NCBI RefSeq assembly: GCF_000143415.4
Contig: NW_003314266.1
Span: forward strand, 1,758,463 to 1,822,462
Source of the DNA: Selaginella moellendorffii
Taxonomy: Eukaryota; Plantae; Lycopodiophyta
Direction: 5' to 3'
Length of the DNA stretch: 64,000 nucleotides
Below, one piece after another: positions 13,329 to 25,924 of this stretch; positions within the stretch are counted from its first letter, which is position 1, and every line of letters starts with the position of its first letter. The notes beneath the pieces were generated by a model. It had not been told where the DNA came from. It made no database searches and saw only the letters and a program-made list of their open reading frames with translations. A program made the position numbers and the translations under genes.

Positions 13329-14190
13329 CTTTGCTGGTAAGCTCGTCGCTTCCTTCTAACTCCTTTCTTGGCTTTCTTCCTTGCAGACGCCCGCTACCAA
13401 TCTAAACTAGAAGTGTAAGCAGTCCTCCGTGACCGTGTCCTCTTTGCCAGGATCCTCTATCTATCCTACGATTCAGGGGGTCAGAGAATCCAGCCAGCGA
13501 GAGGAAGTGGACCAGAGAGAGTGTGGGAGGCCAGAGCCGAGTACATGAAACGTACGTATATATCTCACCAGAGAGGAAGAAGAAAAAAGAGAGAGCACTT
13601 CGTCGTGAAAGAGAGTGAGATGATGGTGTGAGTGATCTTCTCCTTGGTTTCTCTCAATCTATCTTCCTATCTTCGTTTTGCTGCCACTTCTCGAGCGTTC
13701 TTGCCTCCACCACCCTCTCCAAAAGAGCCCAGAGAGAAAGAGGGAGAATGAAGGCAAAGCACGGCTGCCTTCTTTCTCACTCTTTCTCCCCCTCTCGAAG
13801 CGCGCTACCTAATGGAGCCTCAAAGCTCGCGCAGCGCCGCGCCTCAATCCCGGGCGATCCCGCGACTGTCCATCCGCATTGCTCACGCGGCGCGCTCAGC
13901 CGAGAGGAAAGCCCCCTGGATCCTGCCCACCACCGACACAGCCCAGCTCCGGCGATGCCGGATTGACGCACCAAACTCGCAGATCCGCAATGTGGGTCGG
14001 CAATGTAGGCCGCGGGGATTCGTGGGCAGTGCCGCGATGGGACGATCGAGGCCTAGATCGCTGGGGATGAATCGCTAGACCCCTCTCTTCTATCTCCAAA
14101 ACAAAAGGATATCTCTCCCAAGAGCTCTAAACCCCTCTTTTTCGCTCTTTTTCTATATGATCTTCTCTCTCTCCCAGGCCAGGTGCGTGC

Positions 14191-14642
14191 CGATTAAATG
14201 CTCTGGATGAATAAACAAATGCGCGGCGCGGCACAGTGGATGAGAGAGACGAGGACGCGCGCGAGTGAGAGGATCTCTCTCTCCTCTCTTTGCGAGCGGT
14301 GCGAATCGAGACTGGAATCCTTGAGAGCTCGAGGCAATTAGCGAAACCAGCGGAGTGGTGGTAATCAGTGCTCAAAGTGGTGGTGAAAACCACCGAATTG
14401 GGGAAGAAACCGATGAGAGCTTAGCACGCCAAGAATCTCTCTTTCTCTCTCTCTCTCTCGTCAATGTTCTCTTGTTGATTTCTTTCTCCTTTCCTGCAGT
14501 TTTTTTGTGCATGGTTTTTTTCCTTCTTTTCGCGTCTCTAATCCTCTGTGAAATCGCAGAGATTTCCACAGTGATGGCATTGAATGCGATTGCCACAGGC
14601 TTGCCCGCTTGGCGTCTCTGTGTACCGCGCGGCATTAATTGC
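14191..14642. promoter_or_regulatory. Cluster of HD-ZIP IV (L1-box-type) binding-site-like motifs upstream of the HD-ZIP IV gene
   Basis: CGATTAAATGC 14191-14201, GCATTGAATGC 14577-14587 and GCATTAATTGC 14632-14642, compared with the HD-ZIP IV in-vitro consensus GCATT(A/T)AATGC. Confidence 0.5.
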
Positions 14643-16181
14643 GTATATGCACTGGCTCGCCGGCCCCCAGTTCTTAGCAGGGGAAAAAGACGAGACGTGT
14701 CTGCTGCAAATTTCTGCTTGATCATCGAAATTCGTCGCTAGGCCGGCTCCGTTTCCACCAAAGCGTTCGAAATCGATCGGGAATTGCGAGCCAATCGACC
14801 GGAGCAGGGGCAAAGTGATAGTGATCTTGCCCATTTTGCTGGCGCGAGTTTTTTTTGAAATTTTTGAAAATTAGGGCGCTGTTCTAGAGGAATCCTACGA
14901 CCGTCATTAAGCCAGCTGTTACGCTTAACGGTTAGCGATTAAGTACTAGCTAACGGAAGTTCTAGGGACTTTTAGGTTAGGTCCGTTTTTTAACTTTTAC
15001 TCCGGGGGCGTGCCGGCATTTATTGTAGTGCTCTGCCGTCGGATGCGCGATACTGGGCCTGGCAGCGACGGCTGCGATGCGGAGTTCGTGGGATGTTTCA
15101 GGTCAAAAACGCATGGCTCGGTGTTTCAACTTGTCGATTGCCAAGATTTTTAAGCATCGATGCGAGTAATCTAATCTACGTGTTTGCATGCTTCGATTGT
15201 TTACCATGTTTTTTTCTAGTTTTTCACTCTCGTCGGTCGGTGACCACCTTGAAATTCATAGAAAATGGGCTTGTTTCGATTGATTCGTCTTGCCTTAATG
15301 CTGCAAGAACTCCGCTCAGTTTGTGTTGTTTTGCTTGCTTGCGGATCAAAAACATTCTATAAGATCAATGAATGCTGCACACGGGTTTGGGTTTTGTTTC
15401 CTCTCATCGCCCTCTTTCCAGGATCAAGTCTCAAGGACATGGAGTTAATATCTGGATTGCTCAATCTCCCTTTTGGTTATCCTGACGTTTTTTTAACCTT
15501 GATCTAGCCCTAGAAAAAGGTGGTGGCGTGGCGGATATCACGTCTTGGTCTCCCTCCCAAACTGCACATTCAATTCCCCTGCGGCAATTGCCAATGTGGC
15601 TTGCAGCTGCTACGCAAAAGGAACGCATTCAATTCTCCTGCGAGATCCATCGCTTCGTCTCGTTCGTCTCGAGACAAAAACGGTGGCAACACAACTCAAC
15701 TCACCAGCTGTAATTGAAGCGAACTCGAGACCTCACTGCTCGGCCCGCCACCTTTGCTGTTTTGTTCATTGAATCGAAACGAAATCCACCCATCCGCAGA
15801 GCGATCCAGTCCAAACGTTACACTGATATTTTCTATGATTCGTCACACCCTTGGATTCTTTCCCAGCCTTTTATTGTGCTTGTGACGTGAGAGTTTTCTC
15901 TCTCCGCGCCGTGCCGCGCGGCGTACCGCCCGCCGGCGGCACGGCGTAGCGGCACCGCCTGCTGGGATGTTGACCGCCACGCGTCATTCACGTAGCTTTC
16001 CATAACCGTGTGTGGCGGCGATCTTGCCGGAAGATAATTCCCGATGGTCGTGCACACGCCACGTCATGTCTGCCATGCCATGCAATGCGCGTGAAAGAAA
16101 TCAAATTTTCTGTTCTTACTTTTACCGCCATTAACTTTCTCACGCAACAGGATATTCTCTGCCGTGGAATATTCAACCTAG

Positions 16182-16243
16182 AACCCTAAAGAATTTTCGC
16201 GCCGAATGGAAAAATGTGAACGTTGGGGCTTTCTCTAGGGTTT
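16182..16243 (+). promoter_or_regulatory. E2F site and telo-box-like motifs in the CDT1 proximal promoter/5'UTR
   Basis: TTTCGCGC at 16195-16202 fits WTTSSCSS; AACCCTAA at 16182-16189; TAGGGTTT at ~16236-16243. Confidence 0.6.
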
Positions 16244-16257
16244 TCCGGGAGCTCGCC

Positions 16258-17824
16258 ATGGAACAACGGGTGAGGCGCAATCTTCTGGGTGGATCGTCTA
16301 TGGTGCTCGGCAAGGAGCTGGGATCGCCGGAGAAGAAGCTCAAGAAGAGCGCCACTGCTTCCAAGAGGTACATTCTTTGTTCTAGGGTCCGGATCCGAGA
16401 CTGTGGGTTTGGGCGCCAGGGCGCTGGAGGAATTTTTCGAGGCTCTAGAGTCGACCGTGGCGCTGCTGAAGATTCGTAAGCAGTCGTGTACATTCGCTGC
16501 TGTGTCTGCGCCTGTGGAGGCCCTCACAAAGAGGTTTTCTTTTTTTCTTGTGTTCTTTCTTCTTACATTGTCTCTCATTTGGGCAGGCGTTTTCTTCGCT
16601 CTCATCTGGCCAAGATCAAGTATCTCTTCCCGGAAGCGGTCGAATGCGACTCTTTTACGTGGAAAGACCCCGACACCTCTTCGTTAAAGACGGACATACG
16701 GATAAAACTCCTACCGTTTTCTCCCGAGCAGCCAGCTTCCGTGTCGAAATCCGTCAGTGGAATGGCGAGAAAATGGAGTGCCGAGACCGTCGCTCGGAGG
16801 CGTGAATTTCAGAAGAGGATTGCTGCCTTCGAGAAAGATGACGAGGTTCCGGAAGCACAGCTCGTGGAAGAAGTGACGAAGATCAAGGTTCCAGACTTGG
16901 ACACAGGCGCGGCACCCATCCCCAACGTTTTAGCTGGCAAAGTGGTGATCAAGTCTGGATACGAGGATATAGTGGAGCGGAGGCTTCGTTCGGACGATGC
17001 GATAACTACGTCGCATTTCTCACCTTCGTTTCGTCGCCACTTCTCCGCAAGACAGAGAAACGTGGAATCTTCTGAGCTACAACAAGCGTCTCCAGAGCCT
17101 GAAACTCCTCAAACCTGCAAGGTTGCTCCTCGAGCTACGACAGGGGCATTCACGGGTCCCGATTCTACTTCCAGGCTTTATGCTTCCGCTGATGCTCTTC
17201 CAAAGATCGATCACGACGCTCCCACACCTCCGAGGCGGCAGAGCGTTGTCAAATCTCTTCAGTTCGGAAGCGCGGAAAAGAAAAAAATTCTCGAGTCTAT
17301 TCCAAACGATCTTCTTCACTCGGTAAATTTCTGTTGAGTTTCAGGAGTGCTGACTAGGCTTTTTCTTTCTTAGGTGCATGAAAAGGAACAGAAGGAGCTA
17401 GAGGAAAAGAGCATCGACAAGAGACGACAACAAATGCTTTCCGGGCTTCCACACTTTCTCAACATGACAAGGCTCATTTTTCAATCATTGGGTCGCAGCA
17501 CAATGCTACACAAAGACCTCGTCGAGCAAATCGAGTCTTCCGCAACTGAAATAACAGACAAAAGTACGTGAGTGTTTTTCTTTAAAGTTTTGTGATAACT
17601 GGAGTAATCGACAGATGAAATCGAGGAAAGGCTGCAGTTGCTACTAGAGCTAGCTCCGGAGTGGATTTCCTCGCGAGCTTCGCTTGTTGGAGGCACGCTT
17701 TACAGGTGAAAAGCAAGCAGCACTTTACTCTCCGATCTTGTTTTTAACCGAACTAGTTGCTCTCAGGGTCCAAAAGACGGCTGAATTTTCCACGATCCGC
17801 AAAAGAATGCTGGACACTGCTTAA
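16258..17824 (+). CDS. CDT1: DNA replication licensing factor CDT1-like, ~6 exons
   Basis: LEEFFEALESTVALLKIRKQSCTFAAVSAPVEALTKR/RFLRSHLAKIKYLFPEA (geminin-binding winged helix) and C-terminal RRQQMLSGLPHFLNM...EIEERLQLLLELAPEWIS (MCM-binding domain). Confidence 0.88.
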
Positions 17825-17860
17825 AAGGTAAGTTGCCGGCTGTAGCAAAAAAATTTAAAA

Positions 17861-20195
17861 TCAGATTGACGCCGGAAAGGAGCTCATGTTTCCAGAATCT
17901 CTGCCGGACAATGGCTCCGAAAGCTTGCTGTCTCTGCCGGACTCCGAAAGTTTGCTCGGAGGCCTCGTATCCTGTTCCTTCAGCGATTCCAGAATGTCCT
18001 CCAAGCTCTTTGCCACGTTTGTCATGGACGGTCTCATCTTTCCCCTGACGTCCGTGCATTCCAGAGCCAGCTTCGCCGCACGGTACAGCGGCTCCGGCAT
18101 CTCGGGCACAGCCAGGGCCGGATCAAAGAGCTGGTGAAGGGTGTCATCGTTGAGCAGCTCCTTGGCCCAGATGACAATGTTTTGCACCGGCCGGAAGTGA
18201 TCAACGGGCTTCTGGCCAGAGAGAAGCTCCAAAAGAACAACCCCGAAGCTGTAGACGTCGCTCTTAGTGGTGAGTTTCATGAAGAATCCATACTCGGGGT
18301 CGAGGTAGCCGGGAGTTCCGACGATGGTCATGTTGCTGAGATGAGTTGCCGATCCCAGCGGGCCAAACAGCGACAGTCCAAAGTCCGAGACGTGAGCATT
18401 CCACTCGTCGTCCAAGAGAATGTTGGCGGACTTCACGTCCCGGTGGATGATGGGCGGACAGGCATACTTGTGGAGGTACTCCAGTCCGCGAGCGGCTTGA
18501 GCAGCGAGCTTGATCCGGCAAATCCACTGCAGACCAGTGCTCGGCCCAGATCTCGCGAAGATGTTATCATACAGCGATCCTCTCGACATGAACTCGAAGA
18601 CGAGCAGCTTCTCCTCCATGCAGTAGCCGACCAAGTTTACCAGGCACGAGTGGTGCGTTCTCGTGAGGAGCTGGAGTTCCTTCTCGAAGAGCTCGCTCGA
18701 TCTACCAAAAGTTTGTGAGGTGGTGGGAGGAACGAGAAATCGGAAAGCTTGATCGATCTTACCTGGTGCTTGAAATGCTAGCTCGCTTGATCGCTACCGC
18801 CTGGCCGTTCTCTAGCACGCCTTTGTAGACAGTCCCAAACGCTCCCTTGCCGAGCACCATCTCCTCGCTATAGCTGTTCGTCGCGACTTCCAGCTCCAGG
18901 GCCGACATAGCGAGCGCTTGACCGGCGGACCGCTCGTTCTCGTTCTTGCTCGCTACCACCTCTAGCTTCCCGTCACCCTGCTGCTTTGGATCATCCTCTT
19001 TGCTCTTCTCACGCCGGAGGAGATAGAGCCATGTCGCTAGCACGAGCAAACTTCCCAAGAACAAAGCTGCCGCGATGAGCAAGATCACCAGAGCAGTGGA
19101 ACGAGGCCGCGATCTTGTGTCGCATTTCCTGTCGCTTAACGGACCGCAAGGAGAAGCCTCGGAGTTGCCAACGCACACCGAGCAATCCAAGCACACCTTG
19201 TCTCTCACCACTGGGCACAGTTGATCCGCGGCCTGGAACTGGCTCCTCCCACACTCGCTGACGCACATTCCCCGGCTGATCGTGAAGTTCTTCTGGTACC
19301 GAGGATACCACACCGAGTTGCCCCAGCACACCACGTCCATGGGAGGATCCATCCTCATCCCGCAAGTGTAGAAGTCCCCGGCGGCGATCTGCGAGAAGGA
19401 AACATCCAGTGGAGCCGTGAGCTTGCCGTTGTCTTGGTCTCCCCAGCATAGAACTTGGCGATTGTCCGCGCGGATCCCACAGGTGTGATAGAGCCCTCCA
19501 GCGATGGATAGAAACTGCAGTCCAGTGGGAGGGGTCGACTGTCCATGGTCGGCGGTCCCCCAGCAGCACAGCCTCCCGAGTAGAGTCACTCCACAGGCAG
19601 TGTTTCCTCCCGCGAAGATGGATCCAAAGGTCTCGTTGGATGGCTGCAAGATCTCCTTGCGGAGATCGCCCCAGCAAACCGCTGTTCCAGCTTGAGTGAG
19701 GCCGCAGGAGAATCCCCAGCCGGAGACCAAGCTCGCGAATGCCATTCCAGCCGGCGGCGCTGGGATCCTCCCCCAGCAATCCACGAATGAGTTGTCGCTG
19801 CGTAGCGCGCAGACGTGGAATCCCCCGGAGGCCACGATCGAGTAGCTAACTTGCTGGAGGTCTTGCGGGACTTGGAGCTCTCCCCAGCAAACAATGAAAT
19901 GCGATCCATACTCGACGCCACAGGCGAAGTGGCCGCCGCCGGAGAGCGCCAGGAACTGGGTCGTGTCGGGCGGATTGCTCCCGTTGTGGTGAATTCCCAT
20001 GCATCTAACGCGGAGATCCGTGGCGTGGAGAGCGCACAAGGCAAAAGTACCTGGGATTGGGATGCTGGGGTCTGCGCTGCCGCTCCACATGGCGGCGATC
20101 GTCCCCATGGGGCTGAATCCACGCACGGATGATCGCTGCTGGAGGATCGCGAGGGCGACGATGAAGAGCCAAATCGCTGCTGTAGTGTTGAGCAT
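17861..20195 (-). CDS. CRINKLY4-family receptor-like kinase 1 (intron 18702-18762)
   Basis: Signal peptide, seven crinkly/RCC1-like repeats (G..H.CG......V.CWG), TNFR-like Cys-rich segment, TM helix, RD kinase with LGKGAFG, HRDVKSAN, DFG, GTPGYLDPEY. Confidence 0.93.
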
Positions 20196-20218
20196 TTGAT
20201 CTTGAAATGTGGCGCCGC

Positions 20219-20221
<3 letters not shown>

Positions 20222-20259
<38 letters not shown>
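20222..20259. repeat. (GA)n microsatellite in the 5' leader of kinase 1
   Basis: About 19 perfect AG units. Confidence 0.95.
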
Positions 20260-20262
<3 letters not shown>

Positions 20263-20915
20263 AGGATTTCGGAGAGAGAAAAATATTACCCGGATTTGAG
20301 AGGTTGGCGACAAGACCCACATTGAGGATTAGAAGTCTTCATATTCTGCAAGAGTGAGAGACAGAGTTTTAGCCCCGGGTGACGGATTGCACGATCTCCT
20401 TGGTAGATTCCCTAGAATATTCAGGAACTTTAATTTTCATAAAAACTACTGTGCTTAATATTAAAAGTATATTTCCCCCAGGTTTTAAATCAATTATTAT
20501 AAAAAGTTTAAAAAATGTTTGACTTTCTTACAAATATTTTAATAATTTTTAATCATATTGCTTCAAACCTAACTAGGGTGGTAGAAATTTGAACTATCCA
20601 AGGTTTTTCAGCTTCATTAGCGCCTTTACAAAAACGGTGTCTGATGCCAACAAATTGCAGACATGATTGCCCAAATTGTAGCAGTCTAGGTCGTCATCAC
20701 TTCAAACCGCCCGGCTGCAATCCCTTTTGGGATATTTCGCCCTCAGAGCTTCTATCGCAATATGGGGCTATGAAGTGGTGCCCATTGAAAAGTTCCAAGA
20801 GACAAAGAAGGATAACGTCTTGAATGTGTAATTTGAAAGAATCATGGATTTTTACCCTCTCTAGCATTAAAACTCACTTTTGCCGCCAAAAAGTTTTTAA
20901 ATATTTGAAGACGAC

Positions 20916-23173
20916 TTAGATTGCATAGTCGACTGGAGCCTCGCATTCTTGTGCATGGAGTTCCTCCAAAATCTCCTCCAAGCTCTTGGCCACCTCCGTC
21001 ATGGACGGCCTCTCCTTGCCGCTCACTTTGGTACAATCGAGCGCGAGCTCTACCGCGCGGTACAGTGGCCCCGACGCAGCCGGCACGTCCAGGGCCGAGT
21101 CCAGCACCGCGTGCAGCGCGTCATCCTCCATCAGCTCCACCGCCCAAGCCACGATGTGCCGCGCTGGCCGGAACGGGTCCACGGGCTTGGCGCCCGACAA
21201 GAGCTCGAGCAGCACCACTCCAAAGCTGTAGACGTCGCTCTTGGACGTGAGCTTCATGGATAATCCATACTCCGGGTCGAGATAGCCGGGAGTTCCAACG
21301 ATGGTCATGTTGCTGAGGTGAGTTGCCGATCCCAGTGGGCCGAAAAGTGAGAGTCCGAAGTCCGAGACGTGGGCGTTCCAGTCGTCGTCTAGAAGGATGT
21401 TGGCCGATTTCACATCCCTGTGGATGATCGCCGGACAGGCGTACTTGTGGAGATATTCGAGTCCGCGAGCGGCTTGAGCGGCGATCTTGATCCGGCAAAT
21501 CCACTGGAGGCCAGCGTCTGGACGTGATCCACAGAAAATGTTGTCATAGAGTGATCCTCTCGACATAAACTCGAAGACGAGGAGCTTCTCTTCCATGCAG
21601 TAGCCGACCAAGTTAACCAGGCACGAGTGGTGAGTTCTCGTCAGCAAATGGAGTTCCTTCTCGAAGAGCTCGCTGGATCTGTTTAGTTTACAAGGCGAAG
21701 ATATAAAAACTCTCGAAGGAAAATGAAGACTGCGAAGTACCTGTTGTTGGAGATGATAGCTCGTTTGATCGCTACTGCTTGACCATTCTCTAGCACGCCT
21801 TTGTAAACCGCCCCGAATGCTCCCTTGCCGAGCACCATCTCATCGCTATAGTAGCCCGTCGCAACTTCAAGTTCTAGCGGCGACATAGCGACCACGCGCG
21901 GCGCAGCAGAGAAATCGTTTTCGTTCCGGGTTGCTGGAATCTCTTTCTTGCCAGCATCTTGCCTGTCATCCTCCTTACGTCTCAGGCAGAGATAAGCGCA
22001 AATCACTGCAAACCCCAGGGCCAGGATCACCGCCACCAATATCAGCACTAGAGCAAGCCTTCTTCTAAGCTGACGTTGATAACTTCGAGCGCTTCCGGTA
22101 GTAGAGGTTCCAAAGCCACACATCCTATCAGCGCTGGCACCGCACGCCGATATCTCTTGCATGTGGAGGCACTGTGAGCATGCCAGGCACACCTTGTCCC
22201 GCAAAACAGGACATGGCAGCGAGAGCTGGTCGAACTGGTACTCGTCTCTTCCACACGCGCTCACGCACGGAGCCGGGCTGACGTTGAAGCTCGCTTCATG
22301 AGGATAGACCACCGAGTTCCCCCAGCAAAGCACTTGCATGGCTCGATCCAATCTCACTCCACACGTATAGAAGTCCCCAGCCGCAATCGCCGAGAACGGT
22401 ACGTCCAAAGGAGCACTAAGTTGCTTATGCTCGTTGTTTCCCCAGCACAGGACGCGACGATCATCCGCCCGGATCCCGCAAGTGTGATACAGGCCCCCAG
22501 CAATCGCCAAGAACTTAAATCCAACCGGAGGACGAGACTGGCCATGATCATCTCCTCCCCAGCAGCCTAAGTCCCCTAACGAAGTTACTCCACAGACGTT
22601 GGAACTTCCAGCAAAGATGGCCCTGAAAGTCTGGTTAACCGGCTGCGCTACATCCTGCCTAAGTCCCCCCCAGCAAATCGCTGATCCCTCTCGAGTGAGG
22701 CCGCAGGAGAATCCCTTCCCGGAGATCAAAGACGCAAACGCCAGCTTTGGAGGAGGCTGATCGATGTTCCCCCAGCAATCCACGTTTGAGTTGTCACCGC
22801 GTAGCGCACAGACGTGATCACCACCCGAGGCTACGCTGGTGTAGCTAACCTGTTGGAAGGTGTCCGGGACAGTGATGATTCCCCAGCAAACTAAGAAGTG
22901 GGATCCATAGTCGAGGCCGCAAGTGAAGAGGCCACCACCGGAGAGCGCAAGAAACTCCTTCTCCTTTGGCGGAAGGCTGTTGTTGTGTGAAGTTCCCAGG
23001 CATTCTACATAGAGAGCCGTGGCTTGTATGGCGCATACAGAGAAAGCACCTGGAACGGGGTTGTCTTGGCCGCTCCATGTCGCGGCGATCGTTCCCATAG
23101 GATTGAACCCCTCGGCTGGAAGGCTTGCGAGGAGACATGCTGCAAGCACCGCTGCCGTTGCGAAAGGGGGCAT
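20916..23173 (-). CDS. CRINKLY4-family receptor-like kinase 2 (intron 21679-21740)
   Basis: Same architecture and intron position as kinase 1; start MPPFATAAVL chosen because it begins a signal peptide. Confidence 0.93.
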
Positions 23174-25924
23174 TTCTTGCTCGATTTCTTGGCGAGAGCA
23201 GCGGCGCCGGTGTGGGGAGGAGTAATGGAGCGATAGAGCAAGAGGAAACCTGCGCATCGGATTTTCCAAGATCCATGTGGCATGTCGATCCAGACAAGAT
23301 CGTTTGCTGATTTCCCAAGGAACATCCCATAAACCCTAGCTAGTCAATTCAAATTTAACGCGGGAATAAATACTTCCATAAAGGTCATTAAACGCTTATT
23401 TCGTATTAACAGGGGAACACACTTTTAAACACTGGTTTAGGGTTTAGGGTCTTCGATCTTTTATTAACTCGCTACTTGTAAGTCAAGTTGTAATAGAGTA
23501 AACATTGCCTTTTGTTGTGCTTGCTTAAATACAAGAACCTGCAAGCTATATAATATAACTTTCAATTTAAAAATTATTTGGATGTGACAGTTGAAAGGTT
23601 GAAGCACATGTATTTAAGTTCTCCCCTTATATGCTTTTATTTTACAAGGAATTTTGAAAATCTACAAGTTATAATAAAATATTGGCTCACCAGTTTTTAT
23701 TTTGACTAATTAGAGATTAATATTTGAGCTTGTCACAATGAGAAAGAAAACTTCCTCATCTACCTCTCTAAATTTTATTGTATTATATATCAATTATATA
23801 GTATGAGGTAATGAATACTTTGGTGTCTTTCTGATTCTAACTTGATATTTTGTAGGTTTAGTGCACGCTTTTCACCTAATACTACTGCATGCAAAGAGGT
23901 TTCTCACTCCAAAACTATTTTAAAATGAGAGTTTGTTTATACTTAGACACACTCTACTCACCAGCAATGTTTAGCTTAAATCCTAAAATAATATATTGGA
24001 TGAATGCTTTTCATCATAAATTAATGTCAAATAACTTCTCCCACCATATGACTTGGAGCTTTGGCACAATTGCTATAATTTATTGATGGTAATATGGTCT
24101 CAATAAATATTATTGAACATATTGATGAAGTGTTAAATAAAGAATATGAAATCTTGAAGAATTTTTCAAAAAAGAGGGAGAACATGAAGATGTGTCTCAA
24201 TAAAAAGAGATTCAAAAGGCTATGTAAAATGTTGAAGTGGAATATTAATCAAGTTGTAAAATTATTGAAAACCTGACTTAGTTGAGGCAACTATGGAACC
24301 CAAACCATACTTTATTAACATACCAATCTTTAAAGAAGCCATTATTGATATTAAATAATTTACTAAAGTTGCAAGTGAAGTGTTGTGTTAGATTGATTTA
24401 ACACTTTCTAGGACCTTTACAGAGTATTTATATTTGACTAGAGCTAAATAATAAAATTTGAGGAAGCCATTGATATCATATTAAAAAAATTTCATTGAGA
24501 AAAGACAATAGAAATACTAGTAAAATACTAAAATAGTAAAGAAGAAAAATTAGATGTATTGAATATTTAAACCCCAAGTTAATCCAAAAATGTAATCCAT
24601 ATTAATCCCACATACTCATCTATGTGCATAGCAGATTTTGAATTCAAATCCCATGAAGGTTTAGGTTTCAATTCCTATTGTAGTCAGTAGTGGTGAATAT
24701 ATTCTTCATTAAAACAGAGAAAAATGACAATTACATAACACATAGTAGATTCTTTGAAAATAATATGCTACCAAATAATATTTCACCCCAAAGGGAAGTA
24801 TGTGGAGTTCAAGATGTTCTTTCAATAGATTTACTTTTGATCTCACCAAAAAAATGCATGTTTTTTCAATAGCAATGGTGTTTATTACATTTCCCCTCAC
24901 AAGCCTTTTAGTGGTATATTTATTTCTTTTACCATGGGCTGCATGATATAATAGTTTTAAAACTTGATTTTATATTTATGAAAGTATCTAGTGATACAAT
25001 AGTTCTTTGCTTTGCAATCACTAGAATTACACATTTTATAAATTATATTAATTCCTAGATCATCATAAATTGATCTTGAGATAGGACTTCTTATAGTATG
25101 TAAATTAGTTGTACAAGCACCTTTTGCATGTAGGTTTAATAATGTTTATGCAATGCCAATACAATACTTCAAAACATGCTTTTTAAATTTTACTCATTGT
25201 GTAATCAAAGTTGTTTAAATACTTTTAAAAGGACTTGTCTCGAAGAAACATAAAAATATAATCTCTTAAATAAGATTTTCCAAAGTTAAAGTAATTTATA
25301 ATCTTAGAATTATAAAAAACAAAACATGTGGTATTTCTTACAAGGATTCTAAAGGGAAACTCATGATTGTAAGAACTTGTTAAATTGTAACAATAATGGT
25401 AGAAGTTTTGTGTTTAAGCAACATAAAAATTATACAAGTAATTTTTTGGAAGCAATTTCTATGAACCACAAGCACAATTACAAGTAATAATCTTGATGGG
25501 AGTTTCAACTTTTATGAATTCCACAAACTTGCAAATTTACATGAAACACTTGGACCACAAACAAGAATTAAGAATGACTTACCACTAGTGGGATGATACT
25601 AGGTAAAAGCTATTTATGGTCTTTAAGCCATTTTTTGATCTTGCTTGAACAAAATTCTATAGTTATTAACAACAAATAAAAACTATAAACTTTTAATCAG
25701 TGTCTAGAAAGAATGCTTAAGACAGTGTTTTTTTAATTGTGATTGTCATTACTACAAAAATTAAGTTTAATCTTTATTTAACAGTTTTACGTTTTATAAG
25801 CATTGAAGTAAATAATGGAAGATTTTTTACATAATTAATTATTATTATTAACCATGAATCCTCTTAAAAGATCAATGTTTAATAATATTACTTTTAATAG
25901 TTGATCTAAAATTAATTTAAATAT

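Noticed and set aside
18134-20322. Long alternative-frame and antisense ORFs over kinase 1 (similar ones over the HD-ZIP IV, GH17 and UGT genes)
   Set aside because: Expected shadow ORFs of GC-rich coding sequence; no recognisable motifs
23850-24300. Possible hAT transposase C-terminal remnant
   Set aside because: Too decayed to confirm motifs or termini by eye
24630-24695. tRNA/SINE-like stretch (GGTTTCAATTCC)
   Set aside because: No consistent cloverleaf or A box could be built
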